DNA of 63,975 nucleotides, counting the filler, from Lama guanicoe (Eukaryota): the NCBI GenBank assembly GCA_013239625.1. It is 79 parts of 77 records of this genome, joined end to end, with 100 filler letters (N's around TTAATTAATTAA, not from the genome) between each part and the next. Parts side by side here need not be neighbours in the genome. Positions count along the whole stretch, not along the records: positions 24,429 to 25,390 come from MU053087.1; positions 25,491 to 26,051 come from PNXV01000127.1; positions 26,152 to 26,633 come from PNXV01000128.1; positions 26,734 to 27,214 come from MU053088.1; positions 27,315 to 27,719 come from MU053090.1; positions 27,820 to 28,756 come from MU053090.1; positions 28,857 to 29,598 come from PNXV01000141.1; positions 29,699 to 30,500 come from MU053092.1; 71 more parts are not named here. One strand, written 5' to 3'. The stretch's first letter is position 1, and each line of letters begins with the position of its first letter. Below, piece by piece: positions 24,429 through 37,228 of the stretch. The notes below the pieces were generated by a model. The model worked only from the letters and a program-made list of their open reading frames with translations. It was not told the origin of the DNA and did not search any database. The translations under genes and the position numbers were made by a program.

Positions 24429-25390
24429 AGCCTCTGTCACTGGGATTGCCAGCAAACCCCCCTAGCATTCCCTGGCAAAGATACATTAGGAAAAATCCCA
24501 GGGGAGTCGAGCTTAGGCATTCCATTAGAACCTAAGCGCTGCCGACCGTTGGTGGAACTTCCCCACGCTCAGGACTCCGGAACCATTGTCAGTGCGTGGG
24601 TGAGCTCGAGAGACAACTCCACGCAGCTCTCTTCAGTCACAGGTGTTCCCTGTTAGGGGAAGGCCGAGAAATAACTTCCCTGACCTTGGGGAGGCAGCCT
24701 CTGTCACTGGGATTGCCTGCAAACCCCCTAGCATTCCCTGGTACAGAGACATTAAGAAAAAACCCAGGGGGTCGAGCTTAGGCATTCCGTTACAACCCAA
24801 GCGCTGCCGACCGTTGGTGGAACTTCCCCACGCTCAGGACTCCGGAACCATTGTCAGTGAGTGGGGAGCTCGAGAGACAACTCCACGCAGCTCTCTTGAG
24901 TCACAGGTGTTCCCTGTTANNNNNNNNNNNNNNNNNNNNNNNNNNNNNNNNNNNNNNNNNNNNNNNNNNNNNNNNNNNNNNNNNNNNNNNNNNNNNNNNN
25001 NNNNNNNNNNNNNNNNNNNNNNNNNNNNNNNNNNNNNNNNNNNNNNNNNNNNNNNNNNNNNNNNNNNNNNNNNNNNNNNNNNNNNNNNNNNNNNNNNNNN
25101 NNNNNNNNNNNNNNNNNNNNNNNNNNNNNNNNNNNNNNNNNNNNNNNNNNNNNNNNNNNNNNNNNNNNNNAATTCTGAGAAAAACCTTCCCTGACCTTGG
25201 GGAGGCAGCCTCTGTCACTGGGATTGCCTGCAAACCCCCCTAGCATTCCCTGGCACAGAGATATTAGGAAAAAACCTAGGGGAGACGAGCTTAGGCTTTC
25301 GGTTAGAACCCATGCGCTGACGACCGCTGGTGGAACCTCCGCATGATCAGGATTCCGGAACCATTGTCCGTGCGTGGGGAGCTCGAGAGA
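24429..25390 (+). repeat. GC-rich satellite with a monomer of 265-267 bp
   Basis: agcctctgtcactgggattgcc at 24429 and 24696, and again after the gap. Confidence 0.95.
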
Positions 25391-26733
25391 NNNNNNNNNN
25401 NNNNNNNNNNNNNNNNNNNNNNNNNNNNNNNNNNTTAATTAATTAANNNNNNNNNNNNNNNNNNNNNNNNNNNNNNNNNNNNNNNNNNNNTAACATGTAA
25501 CAAAGGGAAAGCCCAGCATAGCACTAACTATACGACAAGGAAGAATGTATTATATTACAGTACATTCCAAAGGCCTATAGGACTAGAGCCGACACTTGGT
25601 GTACCAAGCATGTTCCCTAGGCCGGCCCCAGAGGTCAAGGCCAGACTTGTTCTCAGGGTCATGAAAGTTCAGGGTCAGCAAGTCCAGAATCCTGAGGGAG
25701 CATCTCCTTAAGTTTCACATCCTCAGGGTCTCGCTGTCCTCCTACCAGTGTTGGCCCTGCCAGAGGTCACAAAAGAGTCCCAGGGCCCCTGATGGATTCC
25801 AGCCTTTCTCTCCATACAGGTATTTTCTACCAGAGGAGTTGGCCAGGCGGGTCTGAACCACACATACAGTTGGTGATGGAGCCAAGAGCGCATGAAGTGA
25901 CAATGCAAAGTGCATAGAGCAAGAAAGGGCAGAGGGCCTAAGGCTGATATGTGAGGAATGCCAGCCTTGATGGGATTTAGAAAGCCAAATGGAAAGAAAA
26001 GCGGGACAGTTGGAGATCGGCTTTGATGCCTGGTTGAAGTGTGTTAGATGCNNNNNNNNNNNNNNNNNNNNNNNNNNNNNNNNNNNNNNNNNNNNTTAAT
26101 TAATTAANNNNNNNNNNNNNNNNNNNNNNNNNNNNNNNNNNNNNNNNNNNNTAGCTCTGATCCTCTTTGTCCAGTCCTGTCAGTGTTGCTCTGCAAGGTT
26201 CTGCAGCGACTGCTCTTACCCTAAGAAGGGAAGGCGTAGGGGGATATTGTAGCGCCCGAGGGCAGGAAGGGGTTGCTTGAAAAGCAGACATGTAACCGCC
26301 TGCAGCTGCAGACCTGCAGGCAGTTTGGTTGATGGTCCTTGAGAGGACTTTGGAGGACTTAGCATCGTCTTAAGTCTTGTTTTCACTTGGGGACCGGATT
26401 TGCCTTTGCAGATTAATGTTGAAGATTTGGGCTTCTGGCAAAGCTGTTTTCATAGATGGGTAACGTATAAAATCAAATGATTTATTTAACGTGTGCGACT
26501 TTGCAGCTGTTGGGAACAGCTCTGTTGGCCTGGTCTCCACGGAGGACCCTAAGGGTCAGCAGAGCGTGCGGGAGGCCAGGCAGGCTGCAGTGCTTCTACG
26601 GGGGGTTCTCCCCAGCAGGGCGCTCTGCTGAGTNNNNNNNNNNNNNNNNNNNNNNNNNNNNNNNNNNNNNNNNNNNNTTAATTAATTAANNNNNNNNNNN
26701 NNNNNNNNNNNNNNNNNNNNNNNNNNNNNNNNN

Positions 26734-26950
26734 GGCGCTCCTGGTCCAGCTCCTGAGGGAAAAGGCGGCCTGGGGACCGGGCCGCCGCTTGCCCTAGCCC
26801 CCGCTACCGTCTTCACCTCCTGGCAGGTAAGGGGGCGCTGTTGGAGGCGTGCAGGTCGGGGAACCGGTGCGTGAGGCTCGTGTCGCGGGGCCTTTCAGGA
26901 CCCTGAGGCGAATACGGGCTGCCGCAGTATTTCCTGGTGCCTCCCCCACC
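26734..26950 (+). promoter_or_regulatory. CpG-rich probable first-exon/intron boundary of an unknown gene
   Basis: CpG-dense segment with a CAG|gtaagg donor at about 26827, then a transition to AT-rich sequence. Confidence 0.4.
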
Positions 26951-27314
26951 CCCGTTAGTTAGTTCATGTAATACTGGTTAATTCGATATGCTGACTATGA
27001 AACCAACTAAAATATTTTGTGGTGCTTTGATTTTAATAAAATTTCACTTAAGTTTATGCAAACATAAATATTCTAAACAAGTATTAAATGTGATGGGGAG
27101 GCGACTAACCTTACTGATACTAGAATATAGTGGAAAGCCTTAAAATTTATATAGCTGAACATATATGAAATTATATAAAAATATGATTAAACCAGCATAG
27201 AACTGTAAAGAATGNNNNNNNNNNNNNNNNNNNNNNNNNNNNNNNNNNNNNNNNNNNNTTAATTAATTAANNNNNNNNNNNNNNNNNNNNNNNNNNNNNN
27301 NNNNNNNNNNNNNN

Positions 27315-28756
27315 ACACAGAATATAGAATATGGAAAACAGAATGCAGAACCAAGGATTAAGAACATTGAATGCAGAGCACAGAATATAGAATATAGAAT
27401 ACAGAATACTGAATATAGAATTTAGAGTATAGAATGCAGAACACAGAAAATAGAAAGTAAAATACTGAGTGCAGTATATAGTATACAGAAAATAGAATTT
27501 AGAACACAGAATATAGAATATGGAAACAAAATACAGAACCCAGAACTTAGAACATGGAATGCAGAACACAGAATATAGAATATTGAATAAAGAGAATAGA
27601 GAAAATTTAGAACATGGAATGCAGAACACAGAATTTAGAATATAGAATACAGAATACTGAATATAGTATTTAGAACATAGAATACAGAACACAGAATTTA
27701 GAATATAGAATACAATACANNNNNNNNNNNNNNNNNNNNNNNNNNNNNNNNNNNNNNNNNNNNTTAATTAATTAANNNNNNNNNNNNNNNNNNNNNNNNN
27801 NNNNNNNNNNNNNNNNNNNAACACAGTATATAGAATATAGAAAAAAGAATATAGAAACCAGAATTTAGAACATGGAATGCAGAACACAGAATTTAGAATA
27901 TATAATAAAGGATACTGTATATAGAATTTAGACCATAGAATGTGGAACACAGAATTTAGACTATAGAATACAGAATACTGAATATAGAATTTAGAATATA
28001 AATTGTATAACACAGAATATAGAATATAGAATACTTAATGCAGTATATTTAATGTAAAACATAGAATGAANNNNNNNNNNNNNNNNNNNNNNNNNNNNNN
28101 NNNNNNNNNNNNNNNNNNNNNNNNNNNNNNNNNNNNNNNNNNNNNNNNNNNNNNNNNNNNNNNNNNNNNNNNNNNNNNNNNNNNNNNNNNNNNNNNNNNN
28201 NNNNNNNNNNNNNNNNNNNNNNNNNNNNNNNNNNNNNNNNNNNNNNNNNNNNNNNNNNNNNNNNNNNNNNNNNNNNNNNNNNNNNNNNNNNNNNNNNNNN
28301 NNNNNNNNNNNNNNNNNNNNNNNNNNNNNNNNNNNNNNNNNNNNNNNNNNNNNNNNNNNNNNNNNNNNNNNNNNNNNNNNNNNNNNNNNNNNNNNNNNNN
28401 NNNNNNNNNNNNNNNNNNNNNNNNNNNNNNNNNNNNNNNNNNNNNNNNNNNNNNNNNNNNNNGCAGAACACATTTAGAATATAGAATACAGAATACTGAA
28501 TATAGAAATTAGGAAATGGAATGCAGAACACAGAGTTTAGATATAGAATACAGAATACTGTATATAAAATGTAACATATAGAATGAAGAACACAATATAT
28601 ATAATATATACAAGAGAATAAAGAACCCAGTAATTAGAAATGGAATGCCGAACACTGAATTTAGAATACATAATATACAATACTGAATATAGAATTTAGA
28701 ATAATGGGTGTAGAACACAGAATATAGAATATAGAATACGGAATGCAGAATATAGT
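27315..28756 (-). repeat. AT-rich 7-bp-based satellite (two separate fragments: 27315-27719 and 27820-28756)
   Basis: (TAGAATA)n variants on the + strand. Confidence 0.95.
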
Positions 28757-28856
28757 NNNNNNNNNNNNNNNNNNNNNNNNNNNNNNNNNNNNNNNNNNNN
28801 TTAATTAATTAANNNNNNNNNNNNNNNNNNNNNNNNNNNNNNNNNNNNNNNNNNNN

Positions 28857-29598
28857 AATCCAACTGATCATCGTGTATAATCCTTTCTATGTATTGTTGG
28901 ATTCATTTGTTGATGCTTTTCGAGGATTTTTGAATGTATATCATCATTCATCAAGGATATTGGATTTTCATTTTCATTTTTTTAAGTGTTTTTGACTGGT
29001 TTTGTTATCAGGGTAATGGTGGCCTCATAGAATAACTTTGGGAATTTTCCTTCCTCCTTCACTTTTTTAAACAGTTGGGGGAAAGAGGGTTTAATGAAGG
29101 CATCCAGGTATTTTGTTCAAGGGGTGTTTTGAAAATTATTGATTTTATTTAACTTATACTGATTGCCCTTTTCAAGTTCTCAGTTTTCTTTTTATTCAGT
29201 GTTGGCAGGCTGTATGTTTCTAGAAAATTGTCTTTTCTATTAAGTCGTCCAGTTGGTTGTCATGTAACAGCTCATAGTGCTTACATAATCATTTTTTTGT
29301 ATTTCTGTAATAACAGATATTATTTCTACTGTTTCATTTCTTATTTTGTTTGGGTCCAGTCTCTGTATTTCTTGATAAGCCTGGCTAAATGCTTTTCTGT
29401 TTGTTAATATTTTTAAGAAAATTTAAAGCTGTTCATTTTATGATATGTAATTTATTTTTCAACTTTTATATTGTTTATTTTCAACATAATCATTAAAGAT
29501 TTCTCATTCTACTGCCTGTGGGTTTTGTTTGAGTTTGTTCTTGTTTCTTGTTATTTTGTTTGGTATGCTTGGTCGTTTCTATGAGGTTTTTCTTTTTC
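28857..29598 (-). mobile_element. Old LINE-1 ORF2 fragment
   Basis: Typical antisense L1 motifs: ttcatcaaggatattgg, ggttttgttatcagggtaatggtggcctcatagaat. Confidence 0.8.
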
Positions 29599-29698
29599 NN
29601 NNNNNNNNNNNNNNNNNNNNNNNNNNNNNNNNNNNNNNNNNNTTAATTAATTAANNNNNNNNNNNNNNNNNNNNNNNNNNNNNNNNNNNNNNNNNNNN

Positions 29699-30500
29699 AT
29701 CAGCCAGGAAGAAGGTCCCATTTTTGGAGTTGAAAGTTTCTTCATAACAGTTTTACTTTTATACTGAAAAATTCAATGGAGGTAACCAAACTGAGGAAAA
29801 CATTAGACCAGCCTCTGACCTAGCCACTTAGTCCTGATCCCAGTGTCTTTCAACTTGGAACCAATCGGGACGTCTCCACTGGTTGAGTATTTTCCAGGTA
29901 TCTTTCCAACAGCCCCACCTCGGGTGTCTCCTCAAGGTGGGTATTTCCTGTTACCTTTCAACAAGGCCCCACCCAGCATGTNNNNNNNNNNNNNNNNNNN
30001 NNNNNNNNNNNNNNNNNNNNNNNNNNNNNNNNNNNNNNNNNNNNNNNNNNNNNNNNNNNNNNNNNNNNNAACATCAATCAATATTGGAGATCCGAGAACC
30101 AGGACAGACTCACCCAAATTCATCTGGACTCCCTGAGGAGGCAGATGGGCATAAAGGGCCACTGATGGTACCAAGGCCCTGGTTAATCAGAGAGTCCAGG
30201 TGGAGAGAAGTCTGCTCTGGGTCGCTTCATGGTGGCCAAAACTGTTGACTGAAATACATGTTCAGCCTAAAAGTTTAGAGTTAAGTTTAATTTGGCGGGA
30301 GGACTCTAGTCGGGATGACAACCACTCAGATCGCTCTGACGGACGGCTCAGAAGAGGTTGAGAACAGCTAGGATATATAGGAGCTTTACAACAAAGACCA
30401 GGTGGTTGGAACAATAAAACATTACTTGTTATCTAAAGAAAGCCAGTTACTTCTAGTTCAAGAATTTAGTGCTTTTCAATATATGGGAGGAAGCAAACAT
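29699..30500 (-). mobile_element. ERV1-type 5' LTR (30243-30500), primer-binding site and leader
   Basis: On the minus strand the LTR ends ..tcaaca and is followed by TGGCCACCATGAAGCGAC (30221-30238), a 15/18 match to the tRNA-Arg PBS TGGCGACCACGAAGGGAC. Confidence 0.75.
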
Positions 30501-30727
30501 NNNNNNNNNNNNNNNNNNNNNNNNNNNNNNNNNNNNNNNNNNNNTTAATTAATTAANNNNNNNNNNNNNNNNNNNNNNNNNNNNNNNNNNNNNNNNNNNN
30601 TAGTTCTCAAGGTTTCTTCTGAGAAATGGATGGTTTCTTCCCCATCATATATCTGAGATGAGTCACTAAAAAATTCTGTATTCCTCCATCTTTTTGCTTT
30701 AATTCTCCATTTCTTAAAAAACAAAGC

Positions 30728-30811
30728 TTTTAAATGGAGTTAATGGTGACTGAACTGAGGGCCTCATGCATGATAATCACATACTTTCCCAAATGAGGTA
30801 TTATTTCCCCC
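30728..30811 (-). mobile_element. Degenerate copy of the tRNA-Ala-derived SINE
   Basis: Reverse complement resembles 8635-8700 plus a ctccatttaaaa tail. Confidence 0.55.
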
Positions 30812-31745
30812 TTGATTTTTTTTAAACTTTTCTTTCTTAGTATTCAGAGACTTAGTATTCAGAGGTTAGAGGCCTCTAATTCTTTTTCTGGAGACTTGTC
30901 CATGAATCTGTAAATCTATAATTAATGGACAAAACATAGTTTATTAAAAAATCAAAAGAATATTCTGCAATCCATACCAAAAAAAATGCTCATGGATTTA
31001 AAATATTTCTCCTTTAAGGTGATTTCTCCTTTTTGGTCTATCTTTANNNNNNNNNNNNNNNNNNNNNNNNNNNNNNNNNNNNNNNNNNNNTTAATTAATT
31101 AANNNNNNNNNNNNNNNNNNNNNNNNNNNNNNNNNNNNNNNNNNNNAGTATTTTTATTTATGATTTTTAAAATGGAGATATTCCTTAGTTCATTATTCCC
31201 TACTATGAAACAAACACTCAGAATGAACTAGAAACATTTCCCCAGCTTACTAAGGCTTGGGGACGTGCCATGGGCTTCATTTCACCCCAATGTACACTGT
31301 CACTGAGACTTCAAATGACCAGGCAAGTGTGAAAGCGAAGCACAAGAGGATCTGTGATGTCAGTAAATGCTTGGAGAGACACCAGAAGTATAATGAGGAG
31401 TAAAGTGACCAAAAGGATAAAGAAGCAATTTTAAAACCATTTCATTACCGTGAAGCATCATTGCTATCACAAAGCACAAATATATTTGGAAAGAAAAAAA
31501 ACCACTTTATTTTAAAAACATCTAAGTTCAGATGGGTGGCTTGTCTTTGGAGAGACATTTTCATATTCAGCAAAACCAAACCATCTTCTTAGGAAACACA
31601 ATGGAAATCACTGAGCTCACAGAAATGAGTGCAGNNNNNNNNNNNNNNNNNNNNNNNNNNNNNNNNNNNNNNNNNNNNTTAATTAATTAANNNNNNNNNN
31701 NNNNNNNNNNNNNNNNNNNNNNNNNNNNNNNNNNCCCAGTCCTGT

Positions 31746-32370
31746 TGATACAAGAAAAAAAAATGTGGGGCATGAGAAGGGCTTTGTCCCAGGCTTTGTT
31801 TGAGCCCCTGGGATTTGCCCCACCAGATTTTGTTCCTTGGCTTCATGCATTAAAGAATTCAAGAGCAAGCCAGTGTTGAATAAAGGTAGATTTATTCAGA
31901 GAGATACATTGAAAGGCAAGAGAAACGTCACGAGATTTGGGGGTTTGATGCTCAGATTAAAAGTAGGTACACAATCCACAGACAGAGTGTGGGCCTTTTC
32001 GGAAGAGGGAGAGAGAGGGGTGCCCGCGAGATGGCGCTTTGTTGCTTGTTTTCTTGGGCTTGGTGGTTTCATATGCTAATAAGTAGAAGGACAGCCTAAG
32101 GGCAAGGGGCTGGGATTCCCAGGGAGTTGGCCATTTCCCATCCTGTGATATATTGTAGCTAGCCTTGGGACTGCTATTGTGTCTGGGGGCATGTTATTCA
32201 CCATGTTACTATTACAATGGGTGTTTAATGAACCTCAAGATCTGCTAGAATTTAAATCTCTTCATCCTGAACCTCAAGGCCTATTGGGGTTGAATCCTTC
32301 ACCATTTTGATGTTAATTGTTTTGGCCTTCCTTGAATGGCTGTGCTCTGCCCCCTTTCCATCCTGTCTCA
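31746..32370 (-). mobile_element. Complete solo LTR (625 bp, ERV1-type) with a 4-bp target-site duplication
   Basis: tgataca...tgtctca inverted termini; CTGT at 31742-31745 and at 32371-32374. Confidence 0.85.
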
Positions 32371-33867
32371 CTGTGATGACACGGAGAGAGCAAAGGCCTG
32401 CCCCTGCCTGTGCTCCTACATTTAACAGCGGGAGGGGTGAGGTGGACTGAGGATGACTATGATTGATGAGAAGGATGTTTCAGATTTTCCCACGTGAGAT
32501 ATGGGGACCTCCCAGCAGCCACCACAGATTTATTTCACAGGCATTATCGCTTGTGTTGTTACAGAAACAACACNNNNNNNNNNNNNNNNNNNNNNNNNNN
32601 NNNNNNNNNNNNNNNNNTTAATTAATTAANNNNNNNNNNNNNNNNNNNNNNNNNNNNNNNNNNNNNNNNNNNNACTAATGTTCTACTACATGGAGAACAT
32701 AAGGCTGATAGGTCCTAGTGAATGGAAAGGAGCAGGTATCTCAGGCCACTTTAAACACATAGGTTGCCAAAGGAAAATTAAGGAATCTGCACCTCACTGA
32801 AGTTTGAGGGGGGTTAGTAGCCTGAATTATTTCAGGATAACCACATCGGATTCAACTTGCATCTCCTCTTCCTATTAATCAAAATAGCACAATATTTGAT
32901 GAGCCTCTTAGAATTTGGGTAAGCTATATNNNNNNNNNNNNNNNNNNNNNNNNNNNNNNNNNNNNNNNNNNNNNNNNNNNNNNNNNNNNNNNNNNNNNNN
33001 NNNNNNNNNNNNNNNNNNNNNNNNNNNNNNNNNNNNNNNNNNNNNNNNNNNNNNNNNNNNNNNNNNNNNNNNNNNNNNNNNNNNNNNNNNNNNNNNNNNN
33101 NNNNNNNNNNNNNNNNNNNNNNNNNNNNNNNNNNNNNNNNNNNNNNNNNNNNNNNNNNNNNNNNNNNNNNNNNNNTTAAATACATACAAGGATATGATTA
33201 ACAATTTTAAGCTAAGGGCTTCTGAATTTTAGTTGAAAAGGACAAATTTGATGAGAAATGTAACTTTCAAATCTGACAAGATGAATTAGAAAATGGAGAT
33301 AGTCTATAACTACAAAAGCATTTACACCTATATGTTAAAAAATTATTCACAATAAATATGACCTCCCCTAGATGATTTTTCCAAGAAAATTCTACCAAAG
33401 AGTAGAAGAAGTAAAATCATTCATACACAAATTCCTCAAGAGAGTAGAAAGATTCTAAATCTGGGTCACCTAAGAAGCACTGGCATCTTAGATGTACCCA
33501 AGAAAGGGTAGCACTGGATCGTAGAGAAGTGGCCAGCAATTGAGAACCCAAACAGTGGAATGTGGTGTCAAAACAAATGGAGGAAGGAAGAATTTCAAGA
33601 GGGAGATGTTGAGCAACATTTGTAAGTGCTAGAAATAGAGTGATTTACAGCATCCCTAGTATGAGTAATATTCTGAAGCAGTAGTCACTTTTCTTATCTT
33701 TTTTTTTCTTATCTTTACTTTTCTTATCTTGACCTTGATTTTCTGTCTCAAGTGTAGTCATTTCCTGNNNNNNNNNNNNNNNNNNNNNNNNNNNNNNNNN
33801 NNNNNNNNNNNTTAATTAATTAANNNNNNNNNNNNNNNNNNNNNNNNNNNNNNNNNNNNNNNNNNNN

Positions 33868-34778
33868 GCTTTCACACACACTTATCTCTCAGAACTGAGC
33901 ATGTAGAGAGATTTTCATTCATCTAGCACAAAGGGAACGTGTTGCACTAGAAACACTTACTCTGGGTTCTCAGTCTGTTTCCTAGTGCCAGTTTGAATTT
34001 CCTGCGATTTTCACTGTAATACCGAGTTTGAGCTTGTACCTCCCTATATATATGTATGGAGTGGATTTTACAACTTAAAAGAAACTTTGTGTTCCCTTCA
34101 AGCTAGGTGAAGGACGGCTTTCACACACACTTATCTCTCAGATCTGNNNNNNNNNNNNNNNNNNNNNNNNNNNNNNNNNNNNNNNNNNNNNNNNNNNNNN
34201 NNNNNNNNNNNNNNNNNNNNNNNNNNNNNNNNNNNNNNNNNNNNNNNNNNNNNNNNNNNNNNNNNNNNNNNNNNNNNNNNNNNNNNNNNNNNNNNNNNNN
34301 NNNNNNNNNNNNNNNNNNNNNNNNNNNNNNNNNNNNNNNNNNNNNNNNNNNNNNNNNNNNNNNNNNNNNNNNNNNNNNNNNNNNNNNNNNNNNNNNNNNN
34401 NNNNNNNNNNNNNNNNNNNNNNNNNNNNNNNNNNNNNNNNNNNNNNNNNNNNNNGAAACACTTAGTTTCTCAGTGTTTCCTAGTTCCGGTTTCAAGTTCC
34501 TGAGGTTTTCACAGTAAAACCGAGTTTGCGTTTGTACCTCCCCATATATATTTATGGAGTGGAGTTTGCAACTGAAAAGAAACTTTGTGTTCCCTTCAAG
34601 CAGGGTGAAGGACGGCTCACACACACTTATCACTCAGAAATGAGCATGTGGGGAGACGTTCGTTCATCCAGCACAAAGGTACGGGTTGCATGAGAAACAG
34701 TTACTGTGATTTCTCAGTCTGTTTCCTATTTCCGGTTTGAAGTTCCTGCGGTTTTCACTGTAAAACCGAGTTGGAGAT
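33868..34778 (-). repeat. 249-bp satellite family
   Basis: Reverse complement of 44441-45641; gctttcacacacacttatctctcaga repeated about 249 bp apart. Confidence 0.95.
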
Positions 34779-36102
34779 NNNNNNNNNNNNNNNNNNNNNN
34801 NNNNNNNNNNNNNNNNNNNNNNTTAATTAATTAANNNNNNNNNNNNNNNNNNNNNNNNNNNNNNNNNNNNNNNNNNNNGACTGGGTTGTGAAGGGAGCTC
34901 TGAGGCCCCAGCTACGGGACAGAAGCACCCTCCAGGGCTCCAATTGGCGGGCAGACTCTCCCCCAGCAGGGCCTTGGGGTCTGTCCGGTTCTCTGTGGTT
35001 CCCTTTCGTGCTGACTCCCCAGCCAGTGAGCGTTCTCCTAGGCGTGTCCCCATGAAACCCTTCTCTCCAAAATATAAACACATCATGTCACAATCCTCTT
35101 GTTCAACCAGGGAATGTTCAGCCCACTTTTTCCCTCCCCAGTTAAATACCCAACTGTCCTCCCTCCAATCCCCCCATCTCTTTCTTTGTGAGAACTCTGC
35201 ACTCTCCACACACCATCCTGAATGCAGGTGCCTTGCTGGCTGGGACCGAGATGTTTCTTTCTCACACAGCCTGCGTCCTTTCACTTTCCCCTTGTTACCT
35301 TAAAAAAGCCTTCCCTGAGTCACCCACCCCTCTGATGCTGAACTTCACAAAGTGCTTAGGTTACAGTCACTATGTGCACACCTCCCAGGTTTTGGCAAAG
35401 TTTCCTTCACAAGATCTTCATTAAGGAGTTGCATGAAGAAGTTTAAATAGGCTATTCTTGCATCTGAGTGGAGTCTGCATAAAATTTAAATGGCTTTGAA
35501 GTGAGNNNNNNNNNNNNNNNNNNNNNNNNNNNNNNNNNNNNNNNNNNNNNNNNNNNNNNNNNNNNNNNNNNNNNNNNNNNNNNNNNNNNNNNNNNNNNNN
35601 NNNNNNNNNNNNNNNNNNNNNNNNNNNNNNNNNNNNNNNNNNNNNNNNNNNNNNNNNNNNNNNNNNNNNNNNTCTAGTTTTCCATTTCTTACTACCTTTT
35701 TCTCTTATTGTCACATATCATTTCCTACGAATTAAGCATATCAATGTCAGTCATTTGGGCCGCTTGGGAGAAGCTACAGGATGACATTCACAGGGCTGGG
35801 ACATGACAGCCACACCAGTGTAGGTTGAAAATCCAGTGGGGATATTTCCAAGGTATAAACGGGTATGCAGCAAACTCCGCAGCTTCAATGACCTCATCTC
35901 AAAGGTGGGGCCAGTAAAACTACGAAGGAAAGTGCGTGATGTTTACGGCCGATACCTGTTTACTAGGTAAGTGCCCGTGAGAGCTGCCGCTTCATGGGGA
36001 ATNNNNNNNNNNNNNNNNNNNNNNNNNNNNNNNNNNNNNNNNNNNNTTAATTAATTAANNNNNNNNNNNNNNNNNNNNNNNNNNNNNNNNNNNNNNNNNN
36101 NN

Positions 36103-36545
36103 TCCACTGCTCTGTCTTCTAGTTTGCTGATCTACTCTTCTGTATCATGTAATCTACTATTGATTTGTTGCAGTGTATTTTTTTACTTCAGTTTTTGTAG
36201 TTTTCAGCTCTGTTTGGTTCTTTTTTATATTTTCTATCTCTTTGTTAAACTCAGTGTGTTCATCCATTTTTCTCCTGAGCTCACTGAGCAACTTTATAAT
36301 CAATAACTTGAATTCCTTATTGGGTAGACTGCTTATCTCTACGTTCACTTAGCTTTTTCAGGAGTCTTACTGTGTTCCTTGTGAAAATGTTCTTCAGTCA
36401 CCTCATTTGCCTGATACCTGTTTTTATTTCTACAGATTAGGTAGGTCAGTTATGTTTCTTGATCTTGGAGAAGAACGTGATGCAGAAGACATCCTGTGTG
36501 GGCCCCAGCATGCTCCCCTCTGGTCACAGGAGCTTTATGCTCAAG
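36103..36545 (-). mobile_element. Old LINE-1 ORF1 5' part and UTR
   Basis: EISSLPNKEFKLLIIKLLSELRRKMDEHTEFNKEIENIKKNQTELK, an L1 ORF1p N-terminal coiled coil. Confidence 0.85.
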
Positions 36546-37228
36546 NNNNNNNNNNNNNNNNNNNNNNNNNNNNNNNNNNNNNNNNNNNNTTAATTAATTA
36601 ANNNNNNNNNNNNNNNNNNNNNNNNNNNNNNNNNNNNNNNNNNNNTAGATATGCATAATTTTATGTTGATGAAAATTATTTGGAAAGGCGGGGATACTGA
36701 TGCAGGGGAAAGAATTGAAAACCAGAGGAATGAAGTCCTTGAGTTGGCAGGCAGGGATACAATCCAGCATAAGCACGTTGGGGTTTGCCTTTGAAAGGAG
36801 TGTGGACAATAATTGATCCATTGAAACATGAAGAAAGAAGAGTGTATAAGTTTAGAGGCAAGTAGGATGACAGATTTAGTTGTGAGAGAAGGAGGTTTTC
36901 TCCTGGCTGCTTCTTGAAGAAATAAAGGGGCTAGAGGATGTTAGGGTCCAGAGGGTAAAAGGCAAGATGCAGAGTCATCCCAGAGAGCAGGGAAGTGAGG
37001 TGGTTGGGTGTTGCAGTTGGACTGTTAAGCAACACTGAAGCTTTGAGGTGTGTGGACGCAAACTTATAGTGATATCAGTGTAAAAGCAGAGAGTGGAGGG
37101 AGAGTCCTGTTTAATCAGGAATATGGTTNNNNNNNNNNNNNNNNNNNNNNNNNNNNNNNNNNNNNNNNNNNNTTAATTAATTAANNNNNNNNNNNNNNNN
37201 NNNNNNNNNNNNNNNNNNNNNNNNNNNN

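Noticed and set aside
24429..25390. CENP-B box in the 249-267-bp satellites
   Set aside because: I found no TTCG-N4-A-N2-CGGG match by eye; a formal motif scan is still needed.
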